Positions 16,234 through 25,631 of a stretch of 32,000 bases of DNA are shown in pieces. Numbering within the stretch: position 1 is the stretch's first letter; each line of letters begins with the position of its first letter. Location of the stretch: contig SHMX01000003.1 in the NCBI GenBank assembly GCA_008080745.1, forward strand, positions 390,001 through 422,000. Reading direction: 5' to 3'. The position numbers and the translations under genes were made by a program. The stretch comes from Candidatus Thorarchaeota archaeon. Its GTDB lineage: Archaea; Asgardarchaeota; Thorarchaeia; Thorarchaeales; Thorarchaeaceae. The notes below the pieces were generated by a model. It was not told the DNA's origin. It saw only the letters and a list, made by a program, of their open reading frames with translations, and made no database searches.

Positions 16234-17127
16234 TTACCGTTTCTTCCGCAGCTGTCTGATTGCTTCTTTGACATCTTCTTCATCTAATTCTTCTTCGGCC
16301 ACTTCAACGCTCTCACTTCTATCTGCCGCTGATGGCGCAGACATGTCGACAGAGTGACGTACTGCACGCTTCATGACACCTTTTGCTTTGAGTCTGCTTG
16401 CTATTTCGGAGATTTTAGCACTTGAGAGGTCTTCTTCATCGGGCAAATCTTCCATATCGACACCCAAGTCCTCTAGTATCTGTTGCTGAATAGCGATTTT
16501 GTCGATTTCTTCCACCGCAATACCTGTTATTAGTTCTACAAGCAATTCTGCCTTGTTTAACGGGAAGAAATTACCTTTAGTAATCTCAGCAATCTTCTCA
16601 AAAGTCTTTACAGCATTTTGATAACGGGCAATCTCTGGAAAACAGCCTACTGAGTGAATAACGATACCTTTGTCAAATGCTTTCTTAGCTTCGTCCTCCC
16701 AACTAATTCCTTCTGGGCATTTATCCCATCTATCACCAGGTTCAACACCGTGTGGAGGAGCATCTCCTATGAGAATCAGTACTTTTGCAGCATCTGAGAG
16801 ATACTCCATTCGAATAGCTGCTTCAATACCGTCAGCTACCGCTTCAGGTCCGTCTCCACCACCACTGGCAGACATGCTCATGACTGCCTCCTCAATTTTG
16901 TGAGTATCATTAGTCAGATGATGCCGTTGAATAACGTAAGTGGTTTCTTCAGGGGGGTGATCCCGATATGAGATGACTCCAACTCGGAGTCTATGGACCA
17001 GCTCCTCCTTTTTGATTGTTCTAATGATTTGAATAATTTTTTCCTGAACTGTGCGAATATATGGGCCCATTGAGCCTGTATTGTCAACCACGAAGGAAAC
17101 ATCGAGTTGACCGAGTTTATCTGACAT
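16234..17127 (-). CDS. von Willebrand factor A (vWA) domain protein with an acidic C-terminal extension
   Basis: MIDAS-type FVVDNTGSM, YRDH, GGGDGPEAV, LIGDAPPHG. Confidence 0.9.
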   Translation of the reverse strand: MSDKLGQLDVSFVVDNTGSMGPYIRTVQEKIIQIIRTIKKEELVHRLRVGVISYRDHPPEETTYVIQRHHLTNDTHKIEEAVMSMSASGGGDGPEAVADGIEAAIRMEYLSDAAKVLILIGDAPPHGVEPGDRWDKCPEGISWEDEAKKAFDKGIVIHSVGCFPEIARYQNAVKTFEKIAEITKGNFFPLNKAELLVELITGIAVEEIDKIAIQQQILEDLGVDMEDLPDEEDLSSAKISEIASRLKAKGVMKRAVRHSVDMSAPSAADRSESVEVAEEELDEEDVKEAIRQLRKKR

Positions 17128-17288
17128 TGTTTACTTCCTCTCTGTTATCTAAAAATTAGATAGTCGAAAATAGTCCAGCGTGAAACTAGATAAGTATGTT
17201 TACTCCAAAAAATGCTACAGTTTATGAGTCGGTTTTTGCATGTATATTGCATAGTTAGTCCATCATTATGCTGTGAGGAGATGAAGAG

Positions 17289-17978
17289 ATGGAGAAAATC
17301 AAAGAACCATATATTCGAGACTTGTTGATACTACATGGTCTATTTGCAATCTTTACAATAGTAGCATTGATTTTGCCGCTTGGTGTGCAAATTGGACCTA
17401 GGTTATTCGTATTGGTGATTGCATATAATCTTATGATACCCATTGGAGGGTATTATTGGGGGCATAGGGACTGGATCGCATTATGGTCATTTTCATTTCT
17501 AGTCAGTTTGTTTATGATATTCCCCGATTGGTTCTTGGCAGCGGAGCTTGGTGTTCTGGTATTTCCGGCTGATGGACTCTTCAAAATAGGTCCTGTATCA
17601 GGGTATATGGCAGGTCTCTGGACAATTCCAATTTTTATTATTGTCTTTATCGGGCGAGAGATTCAAAAGAATCACTCCTACATGAAGTCGTACCTTGTGG
17701 TAGCTATTCTTTCACTGGTAATCTTTTTCACTGCCGAAGCAACTATGTGGATGCTCCCGTCGTGGTATGCTCAAAATGTAGCAATGATTGGTCCAGTTGC
17801 AATATACATCATAATTCCAGAGATAATACTTGGAATAACAGCTCATGTCGCATATGACATTATAATTGAGAGGAGTGTATTTGCATACATTCTGGCTGCC
17901 TTTTCTGTAATGATCATTTATATGGGAACCATTTCTTTCTTCCACTTGTTAATCGAGAAAATTATTCTGGGAGTTTGA
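17289..17978 (+). CDS. Hypothetical integral membrane protein (6-7 TM)
   Basis: Highly hydrophobic ORF with a PDWFL...VLVFP motif. Family not firmly recognised. Confidence 0.8.
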   Translation: MEKIKEPYIRDLLILHGLFAIFTIVALILPLGVQIGPRLFVLVIAYNLMIPIGGYYWGHRDWIALWSFSFLVSLFMIFPDWFLAAELGVLVFPADGLFKIGPVSGYMAGLWTIPIFIIVFIGREIQKNHSYMKSYLVVAILSLVIFFTAEATMWMLPSWYAQNVAMIGPVAIYIIIPEIILGITAHVAYDIIIERSVFAYILAAFSVMIIYMGTISFFHLLIEKIILGV

Positions 17979-19646
17979 TTATTCCCGATACCAATTGACA
18001 ATGGGCATCTTCCAGCCCATCCCAAAGGAGCGAGGTGTCACCCGAATACAGGGTGGCGCTTGCCATCGTTTATACTCAGATTTTCGTACTCGAGAATATA
18101 CATCATCTACCACATCGGGAGGATAACCCATCTCAATTAGCTCTTGTTTTCCTCTACGATTCTCAACAATCTCATCAACCATAGGACTAACAATGTCGAA
18201 ATCAAACGGGTCATACTGGTCAAATTTCAACTCTGCAGATGGTTTCTTCCTTAGAGTACCTTCTGGGACGATTTCTCTACCTTCGCGTTCATTAACATAG
18301 TGAGCCAATTTGTAGACCTCAAGTTTGCTAACATCTCCAATGACTCCGACACCACCCGTCATATCACCGTATAGAGTACAGTAACCAAGTGCCAATTCTG
18401 TCTTGTTCCCCGTATTTAATACCAGTATTTTCAGAGCTTGTAATCGATTGGAGAAATCCATCAGGCAATTTGCTCTTGTCCGAGGCTGTATATTTTCATC
18501 TGCAACAGGATCGTCCTGATCTTTCGAAATACCATATGACTCCCGTATCTTTGCAAGCGGTTCCTCCAATGTCTGATGATATGTATCTACAATATCCTGT
18601 ATTGAAAATTTGAGAAAGCGAATTCCTAGATTTTCTGCTAATTTCTCTGCATCGGTCTTGCTATGTAGGCTTGAGTACTTGGAGGGCATGGACATACCAA
18701 TGACATTATCCTTACCAAGAGCATCCACAGCAATACAAGCAGTAAGAGCGGAATCAATGCCTCCACTAAGTCCAAGTATACCTCGTTCAAATCCAGTCTT
18801 TCGGAAATAGTCCCGAACACCTAAGACCAGAGCATTGTACATCTCTGCTTCTTCGTGATATTCAGGGAGTGAAGTTGATGGTCCTATTCCTGTGGATATA
18901 TCAAAGTCTACGAGAACTAAATCCTCCTCAAATTGTGCACAATATGCCATCACATTTCCTTCCGAATCTACAGCAGTGCTAAGTCCACTAAATACGAGTT
19001 CATCTTGCCCCCCAACCAGGTTGATAAGAAAAATAGGGACCCGGTTGCTTTTTGCCTTTGTAACAAGTAATTTAGTTCTTTCAAATCGTTTCTTGATATG
19101 AAATGGTGACGCGGAAATATTGATGATTAGCTGAGCGCCACGTTCTGCAAGAATATCGGTTACTTTGACAGGATACTTCGTATCCCATAGATCTTCACAT
19201 ATCTCCACACCCAATAAGATTTCAGAACCACCGATACTAACAGAGATTGGGGCAATATCGTCCATCTCCATGGGCTCGAAATATCGTTCTTCATCAAAGA
19301 CATCGTAAGTAGGTAGAAGTGTCTTTGCAACTGTTCCCACCAACTCTCCATCATTGAAAATGGCTGCAGAATTGAATAACTTTTCATCCATGAAATCAAC
19401 AAACCCAACAATCACTACCAGACCCTGAGTATGAGATCTGACCTTTTCCAGAGCATCTTTGTTTGTGGATAGGAAAGACTGCTCATATAGCAGATCTTGA
19501 GGAGGATAGCCTGTGATGACAAGTTCTGGAAACACAACAATTTCAGCACCCTGAGTTTTTGCCCGCTCGATAAACTCGATTATCCTGTGTGTATTACCTT
19601 CAATATCTCCGACAATCGAGTTGACTTGTGCCATTGCTATCTTCAA
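17979..19646 (-). CDS. nadE: Glutamine-dependent NAD+ synthetase
   Basis: N-terminal nitrilase-like glutaminase domain (VFPEL, K..LPTYDVFDE, ICEDLW) fused to a synthetase domain (GLSGGIDSA, ENIQPRTR, TGNKTE, YCTLYGD, PSAEL, EYKR.QAPP). Confidence 0.97.
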   Translation of the reverse strand: MKIAMAQVNSIVGDIEGNTHRIIEFIERAKTQGAEIVVFPELVITGYPPQDLLYEQSFLSTNKDALEKVRSHTQGLVVIVGFVDFMDEKLFNSAAIFNDGELVGTVAKTLLPTYDVFDEERYFEPMEMDDIAPISVSIGGSEILLGVEICEDLWDTKYPVKVTDILAERGAQLIINISASPFHIKKRFERTKLLVTKAKSNRVPIFLINLVGGQDELVFSGLSTAVDSEGNVMAYCAQFEEDLVLVDFDISTGIGPSTSLPEYHEEAEMYNALVLGVRDYFRKTGFERGILGLSGGIDSALTACIAVDALGKDNVIGMSMPSKYSSLHSKTDAEKLAENLGIRFLKFSIQDIVDTYHQTLEEPLAKIRESYGISKDQDDPVADENIQPRTRANCLMDFSNRLQALKILVLNTGNKTELALGYCTLYGDMTGGVGVIGDVSKLEVYKLAHYVNEREGREIVPEGTLRKKPSAELKFDQYDPFDFDIVSPMVDEIVENRRGKQELIEMGYPPDVVDDVYSRVRKSEYKRWQAPPCIRVTPRSFGMGWKMPIVNWYRE

Positions 19647-19733
19647 GAGTCTGCACCAACGCGGAAGAGAACATCTAATGAGAAAAGCCTTGTGGGACCT
19701 ATTATTTCACACCGTAAATCCAAAACAGGGAGA

Positions 19734-20360
19734 TTAGGTATCAACTTTCATGAATTCCTTCAATAACCGCACAGACTCCCTGTATTTTTCCATCGATTCT
19801 TTGAGAGCTTCTTCTGATGAGTTATCAAAATCATGGATAAGTAGCTTGAAAATCTCCATATGGGAGGAAATACTATCTGGAAATCCGTGAATATGAAGGA
19901 GAGAAGTTGCGGAATGATTTCGAACTAGATAATCATGGTCAAGCATACCTTCAAAGAGTGCATCAATGGTCTCCGGGGTCTTGTATCGTTTTAGGCGCAT
20001 AGCAGCTACAATTCTTGTGCTCCAATGAGCATCACTTCTCAGGATATCAGCAATAATCTCCACATACTTGGTGGTATTCTCAATTTGATTAAGAGAAGCG
20101 GCAGCTTCGATTTGCAGAAGGCCAAATTCATGAGTTAGTAATTGCTTCAAAACAGGAGCAGCACGTTTTGATCGCATCTCTCCAAGACCTCGTGCCGCAT
20201 AATGATTGCCCTCCTTGACGGCCTCGATAAGCATAGATTCCGCTTTTTCTCGTTCTTCGCCTTCCAATCTTGCGGCAGCTGTGGGGTCAATCCCATCATG
20301 CCACATCATGTAGGGATCTCCAAAGAAATTATTCATGAAATAGTCCCAGTCACTAGGCAT
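19734..20360 (-). CDS. HEAT-repeat (PBS lyase-like) protein
   Basis: Repeated A.RGLG..., AAASL, RIVAAMRL, D.DYLVR..SA..L helical pairs. Confidence 0.8.
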   Translation of the reverse strand: MPSDWDYFMNNFFGDPYMMWHDGIDPTAAARLEGEEREKAESMLIEAVKEGNHYAARGLGEMRSKRAAPVLKQLLTHEFGLLQIEAAASLNQIENTTKYVEIIADILRSDAHWSTRIVAAMRLKRYKTPETIDALFEGMLDHDYLVRNHSATSLLHIHGFPDSISSHMEIFKLLIHDFDNSSEEALKESMEKYRESVRLLKEFMKVDT

Positions 20361-20491
20361 AGTACTTTCTCCGTCTTGTTTTTCATAACATAATTTGAAT
20401 ATTAACTAAGTTCTTATATCAAAAATTACCTGCCTATAGAGAATCAAGGCAAAATCTGCTTCAATTTTCAGCCTAATTAATACGGATTACT

Positions 20492-22399
20492 TTGACCAAA
20501 AGCGTTTCAAGTGCAAGGAATGAAATTATACTGAAGGTAATGACACATTATAGGTCCTATCTTGTCTTCCCATTAATTCTGATTCTATTAGTCCCTCTAC
20601 CAAGTGTATGTTCGGATTCGGTTTTTCCCACCGACTTTGAAACTGAAACCATCCTTAGTGATATTTACGCGTCTGACAGAGCTAGAGAAGTATACGAGGC
20701 AGTTTCAGTAAGACTGTACAAGGAGTATGTTCGTGAACTTTCAGAGATCGGACCAAGACCAGTGGGTTCTGACAATAATATTGAAGCTAAAAAATGGATC
20801 ATGAATAAATTAGAGGAAGTCAGTAACGGGAAAATTCAAACAGAAACACTAGGACCCAGTGATTCTGTAATTGGGAAGTTGAGTGGCACATACAGTTCTA
20901 ATGGACCATCAGTTGTGATTGGAGGACACTATGACTCTGTTGAGGGGGCTCCTGGTGCCAACGATGATGCCTCTGGAGTTGCTACAGCAATAGAATTAGC
21001 TAGGGTGTTATCAAGCTATACATGGCCTCTGGACATCTATTTCTGTGCATGGAATGCTGAAGAGATTGGTCTTATCGGTTCTGATGAGGTTGCCGATATA
21101 TTTCGAGAGAGGGAGGTAGATGTTCTAATCTATTTCAATATCGATATGTTACTTTTTCCAGATGCAGTAGTACCTCAAAATCAGAAGGTGATACTTGGAT
21201 ATGACTCATCAGTCAGATATCACTCATCTGCCATGTGGGCAAACCTTGTTCAAGTTATGAACCACAATTATGGAAATCTAGTTGCAACCAAGGTCCCCTC
21301 ATCAGAGATACCATTCTGGACTAGATCAGACCACTATTCCTTCATTAGAAATGGTTATCGAAATGTTCTCAACATCTATGAGTCAGGAATTGCCAAGGAC
21401 ACCGCATATCACAAGCCATCAGATACTTGGGATAATCCAGCCTACGATTATGGTATTGCAGCAGAAGCTGTAGCTGCAATGGGATCGGCAATTGCTTTTG
21501 TTTTGGGTGGGACGCATCGTCAAAGAGTGCTAGAAAGGCATGAAGCGTTGATTGGAATGAACAGTGTAAAGCCAATTTTAGTAGAAATCACCACTGGTAC
21601 AAATATCACCACTAAAACAATATGGGAAGGTCTAGGAGAGATAAATATCAATCTCATCGCACCAAATGGACAGGAGATTCAAGCCAATCAATTGAATCAC
21701 TTTACTGAAAGAGTTGAAGCCACATTTCCAGCCCCATTGATTGGAACGTATAAAGTACTTGTAAAGAATGAGCTTGGTAATGCAGTCAACTATGACATTG
21801 TATTGGAATACGATAGTGATATCGAAGGAAATGGTATTAGAGACAAAGATGAGATATGGAATAATGCATTTCACTCAGACTATGACAATGATGGTGTCAA
21901 TGATGCAGAAGATCCGAATGAATATGTGGATTTGAGACAATTAGATTCAGATAACGACTCGATTTCAGATTATGATGAAATTTATGTTTACGAAACCGAT
22001 CACCTGTCCTCTGATACAGATAGTGATTCAATTCCAGATGCTTGGGAAATAAGTCGAGGACTTGATCCAAAGGAAAACGATGCCAAGTTGGATTTCGACT
22101 ATGATGGGTTGGTAAACCAATATGAGTATCTCGCAGGAACAGACCCATTCCTTCGTGATTCTGATTTAGATGGTATGTATGATGGCTGGGAATATTATTA
22201 TGGATTAGATCCATTATTTGATGATTCACAAGAAGACCTGGATGATGATGGCTGGACAAATATCTATGAGCTTCATCATGGACATGACCCAACTGTTGCG
22301 GATAGTCCTTTTGTCACAATAGTACCCATCCTGCAAATCTATGGTATTCTAGGGATGCTGTTCGCGTTCCTCGTAGTTTTCCGCAGATTGAAATCATAG
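20492..22399 (+). CDS. Secreted, membrane-anchored M28-family metallopeptidase with TSP3-like DxDxDG Ca-binding repeats
   Basis: Signal-like N-terminus. M28 motifs GGHYDS, GANDDASG, AEEIGLIGS, NIDM, RSDH, YH. Repeats DSDNDSISD, DTDSDSIPD, DFDYDGL, DSDLDGMYD, DLDDDG, then a C-terminal TM followed by RR. The start is probably MTHYR. Confidence 0.92.
   Translation: MTKSVSSARNEIILKVMTHYRSYLVFPLILILLVPLPSVCSDSVFPTDFETETILSDIYASDRAREVYEAVSVRLYKEYVRELSEIGPRPVGSDNNIEAKKWIMNKLEEVSNGKIQTETLGPSDSVIGKLSGTYSSNGPSVVIGGHYDSVEGAPGANDDASGVATAIELARVLSSYTWPLDIYFCAWNAEEIGLIGSDEVADIFREREVDVLIYFNIDMLLFPDAVVPQNQKVILGYDSSVRYHSSAMWANLVQVMNHNYGNLVATKVPSSEIPFWTRSDHYSFIRNGYRNVLNIYESGIAKDTAYHKPSDTWDNPAYDYGIAAEAVAAMGSAIAFVLGGTHRQRVLERHEALIGMNSVKPILVEITTGTNITTKTIWEGLGEININLIAPNGQEIQANQLNHFTERVEATFPAPLIGTYKVLVKNELGNAVNYDIVLEYDSDIEGNGIRDKDEIWNNAFHSDYDNDGVNDAEDPNEYVDLRQLDSDNDSISDYDEIYVYETDHLSSDTDSDSIPDAWEISRGLDPKENDAKLDFDYDGLVNQYEYLAGTDPFLRDSDLDGMYDGWEYYYGLDPLFDDSQEDLDDDGWTNIYELHHGHDPTVADSPFVTIVPILQIYGILGMLFAFLVVFRRLKS
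21814..22300 (+). repeat. Protein-level tandem acidic repeats (TSP3-like, D-x-D-x-D-G..D..E...G.DP)
   Basis: About 7 degenerate units in the translation. The DNA copies are not identical. Confidence 0.75.
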
Positions 22400-22412
22400 A
22401 ATTCGAAAGAGT

Positions 22413-23261
22413 TCATATCTGAGGAGGACCCAGCTGAATACGTTCCCTGAGGTCTGGCAACTCCGCTCGTAATCCATGAATGTCTTCACACCACCAAGTA
22501 ATTCCAAGATCTAGCCATGCCCTGAGCTTTGCTCTGTCAGCTTCTGGATTGTCACCTGTGGTTTCTCCAAAAACAACAACATCATAATTATCCAGATTTC
22601 CACGTTCAGCCCGGACTACATCAAGACAGTCTCTGAGATGTTCTGGTTGGAACACTTCAGGCCACTTTGAATGAACAGGAGCTACACCGTTATATCGAGC
22701 CGCTCGTTTGAATGGTTTTTTGTAAGGCCAACTTCCTCCTACCCAAATTGGAATACCAGCTGTCTGAAACGGCTTGGGAAGAAAGGTCACCTCATCCAAC
22801 TTGTAATGATTACCTGAATAGGAAAACTTCTCACCCGACCAAAGGCCAGTCAGAATATCAAGACCTTCGTCCAATTTTTCCGCACGAATTTTTGCATCAG
22901 AGTCCTCACCAAAAATTTCGTATTCTATTTCTGGAGGTGATCCGATTCCAACACCAAGTATGAGTCTACCTTTTGATAAACGATCTAAAGTAATAGCTTC
23001 ACGAGCTACTTTCCAAGGTCTTCTTCTTGGAAGAGGTGTAATCATCGGACCAAATCGGATTTCCGTCGTTTTGCAGGCAATAGCTGATAGAGCAATCCAT
23101 GGGTCTATGAAAGGTATATGCATATCATTTCCAAATACGAGCATATGGTCCCACAGAAAGAAACCATCCCAACCCGCATCCTCTGCATCACATGCTAATT
23201 CTATAAATAGGTCTATATTACCAGACCAGCCAAAATTTGGAACACTAAGACCGAACTTCAT
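22413..23261 (-). CDS. LLM-class (luciferase-like) flavin/F420-dependent oxidoreductase
   Basis: AEDAGWDGFFLWDH, DPWIALSAIA..T..IRFG, TLDRLSKGRLILGVG.G, P.WVGG, RAARY. Confidence 0.93.
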   Translation of the reverse strand: MKFGLSVPNFGWSGNIDLFIELACDAEDAGWDGFFLWDHMLVFGNDMHIPFIDPWIALSAIACKTTEIRFGPMITPLPRRRPWKVAREAITLDRLSKGRLILGVGIGSPPEIEYEIFGEDSDAKIRAEKLDEGLDILTGLWSGEKFSYSGNHYKLDEVTFLPKPFQTAGIPIWVGGSWPYKKPFKRAARYNGVAPVHSKWPEVFQPEHLRDCLDVVRAERGNLDNYDVVVFGETTGDNPEADRAKLRAWLDLGITWWCEDIHGLRAELPDLRERIQLGPPQI

Positions 23262-23358
23262 TCGAACACCGGCCTAAAAGAAAGATTCACGTGTTCTATG
23301 AATCCATCTCTCAGAGTTCCCGAGTTATTAACGAAGTAGCTAAAGATATACAAGGCAC

Positions 23359-23766
23359 CTATTCAAAAAACTCAACACCCATCTCCTTGTCATGTTCAGC
23401 TGCTTCCTTCTTCTCATTATTTTTGGCTTGCATATCTAATACCACAAATACAATGAATGCTGCAACAAGCATGAACATTCCAACACCTATGATAATTGCT
23501 GAGAAAGTACGATCAGTCAATAGATGGTCGGGCATGTCTTCATAGAGCGTATAGTGCCAATAATCACCTCTAGATTTCTCACCAGTAATAGAAAGTGAAT
23601 AATTTGACTCAGACTCGTACACAATATTATTGCTCATACTGTTATCAATCTGCCAGGCGTTATAGATGGAATGCGCCAAAACAGAACCAGAAAGTAGAGT
23701 AAATAGAATTAGAACAAAAGATGAACTACTCACATTATGTCTCCTGAAGATTGATAATGCATTCAA
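23359..23766 (-). CDS. Hypothetical 2-TM membrane protein
   Basis: Two hydrophobic helices flank a ~50-aa loop, with a charged C-terminus. Confidence 0.7.
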   Translation of the reverse strand: MNALSIFRRHNVSSSSFVLILFTLLSGSVLAHSIYNAWQIDNSMSNNIVYESESNYSLSITGEKSRGDYWHYTLYEDMPDHLLTDRTFSAIIIGVGMFMLVAAFIVFVVLDMQAKNNEKKEAAEHDKEMGVEFFE

Positions 23767-23831
23767 TCATATAGAAATTTTTGTCAGTAATTTAAACTGT
23801 CATTCCATAAAAGAGATATATATACTGCAAT

Positions 23832-24503
23832 ATGCCTCATTGGAGAACGATTTTGAGCCAGAAGAAAAATCACAGTGATCTTTCATCTAGTAAATCAGAA
23901 GGTTTTTACGATAGAGTCATGTCACAGCTAGCGATTTCAGGGGGTACAGAAATCGCCAGAAGATATCTTGCAATGAATGCTTTTGATGGGGTACTTCCTG
24001 TTCTGGGAATAATAATGGGTGGTCTTGTTTCTCTTAATTTCCAAGCGCCCTTATTGATTTTTGAAACTTCCATCTTATCGATTTTTGCCACCTGTTTTGC
24101 TATGTTTGTATCTGGAATAACTTCCTCATATCTAACAGAGGGTGCAGAGAGAAAACGGGACCTTGAAGAATTAGAACGATCACTTCTTAGTGGCTTACAA
24201 GGGAGTGCAATAGCCAAAGCATCTCGCACTACAACTATTGTTGTTTCATTGATAAATGGATTTTCTCCATTTCTTGCGGGTTTAGCAACAGCAACGCCAT
24301 TATTCATGGTTCAATTTGGGATACCTATTGATTTAGGATTCACATTGTCAGTAGTATCAGGAATGTTCATCCTCTTTATACTAGGAGTATTCCTTGGAAA
24401 AGTATCGAGAACAAATATCATAATCTATGGGATAAAAACCCTAGCAGCTGGAATCATAGTGGTAATGATGATCTGGTTATTTTCTTCAATGACGGTATAT
24501 TGA
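23832..24503 (+). CDS. VIT1/CCC1-family Fe/Mn transporter-like protein
   Basis: RRYL.MNAFDGVL..LG, SG..SSYLTE.AERKR.L.ELE, SPF.AG, LFILG.FLGKVS. The start may be downstream. Confidence 0.85.
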   Translation: MPHWRTILSQKKNHSDLSSSKSEGFYDRVMSQLAISGGTEIARRYLAMNAFDGVLPVLGIIMGGLVSLNFQAPLLIFETSILSIFATCFAMFVSGITSSYLTEGAERKRDLEELERSLLSGLQGSAIAKASRTTTIVVSLINGFSPFLAGLATATPLFMVQFGIPIDLGFTLSVVSGMFILFILGVFLGKVSRTNIIIYGIKTLAAGIIVVMMIWLFSSMTVY

Positions 24504-24507
24504 GGAT

Positions 24508-25203
24508 TTAGTAGATTAGGACGGCCATAGATAGTAGGAATATAGCTAGATAATAACTTGTCAATATAATAGGTTCAGCAAATCGAAACTTATGATGAAA
24601 TTCTCTAATTCCAATCAACGAATCGGATATCACGAAGGATATAGCACCAAGGAAAGGAACAAATCCAAGGTATAAATTTGATGAAACCCACAGAAAGAAT
24701 GATGAAGCGAGAGTCAGGGATATTACAAATGCATAGACATTGACCGCCTTTAGCATCTCGGGAGGAGCAGGATCCTTGGATTTTGTGAGATATCTGTGAT
24801 AGAAGAAGATATACATCATCATCAATCCGAGGGTAAAAATAAGTGAGATTAACGCAAGAATATTCAACCCGTGACCAATACCGTGTAAAATAAAATCTAC
24901 AGAATAGAAAATGTGAGCGAACAAAAATAGACCCAACCCAAGGAGGATATTGATCTCCATACCAGCATCACCCATAGCACAGAAGACCAGAGCTACTATG
25001 AGTAGGAGATAGAATAATTCAATGGATGGGCGATTAAGAAAGACAAAAATTGCAGCCAATATTGCGGGAATTATTTTGATGATAGTTCTCCAAAGGGTGC
25101 TTTCTTCAGTGATGGACTTGATTGTCGTTGAAAGCACTGCGAAAATCCAAAATAATAAGGCATAAAGTAAGAGATCCATGAATCCAAATTCTAAGAGCCT
25201 CAC
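24508..25203 (-). CDS. YhhN/TMEM86 lysoplasmalogenase-family membrane protein
   Basis: IKIIP, LVFCAMGD, GLGLFLFAHIFY, GAISFVISDSLI, SYYLA. The start is probably MDLLL. Confidence 0.88.
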   Translation of the reverse strand: MRLLEFGFMDLLLYALLFWIFAVLSTTIKSITEESTLWRTIIKIIPAILAAIFVFLNRPSIELFYLLLIVALVFCAMGDAGMEINILLGLGLFLFAHIFYSVDFILHGIGHGLNILALISLIFTLGLMMMYIFFYHRYLTKSKDPAPPEMLKAVNVYAFVISLTLASSFFLWVSSNLYLGFVPFLGAISFVISDSLIGIREFHHKFRFAEPIILTSYYLAIFLLSMAVLIY

Positions 25204-25304
25204 CTTAAGAGTATTGGAAAAATATAACTGTTAAACAACAATTTTATAGTTAAAACGAAAATCAAAAGAATGATATTGTTCGAGGAGAATATTACACGGT
25301 AAAG

Positions 25305-25631
25305 ATGGCAAAAGATATCTTCGCTGTGATGATATTGGAAGAAGACACTGGTCAGCCTTTATACACCTATTTCATAGATCCACAATTGAAGAGGAATCCG
25401 GGTCTTATTCCTCAGAAACTTAGAACCAAAGAAATTCGCATGGTTCATGTATTGGGAAAACATGTAGTCTTCACTGCACTTGTTGCACCAGAAACTACTG
25501 GTGTTAAAGAGAAATTAGAAAAGCTCAGAGAACGTATAGAAAAGGTATTCCCTGAAGGTCTGAAGAGAGGGAAGGGAAATTTCGCAGATATGGTGATTCT
25601 GGAAAATATCTCTCAAGAGGTCTTACTATAG
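25305..25631 (+). CDS. Standalone longin-like protein
   Basis: The pattern beta-beta-(alpha)-beta-beta-alpha-alpha is visible: IFAVMILEEDTGQPLYTYF...IRMVHVLGKHVVFTALV...VKEKLEKLRERIEKVF...ILENISQEVLL. Confidence 0.65.
   Translation: MAKDIFAVMILEEDTGQPLYTYFIDPQLKRNPGLIPQKLRTKEIRMVHVLGKHVVFTALVAPETTGVKEKLEKLRERIEKVFPEGLKRGKGNFADMVILENISQEVLL

Noticed and set aside
21814-22300. CRISPR-like periodicity
   Set aside because: The repeats are degenerate, in-frame protein repeats (DxDxDG). There are no identical DNA repeats with spacers and no cas genes.
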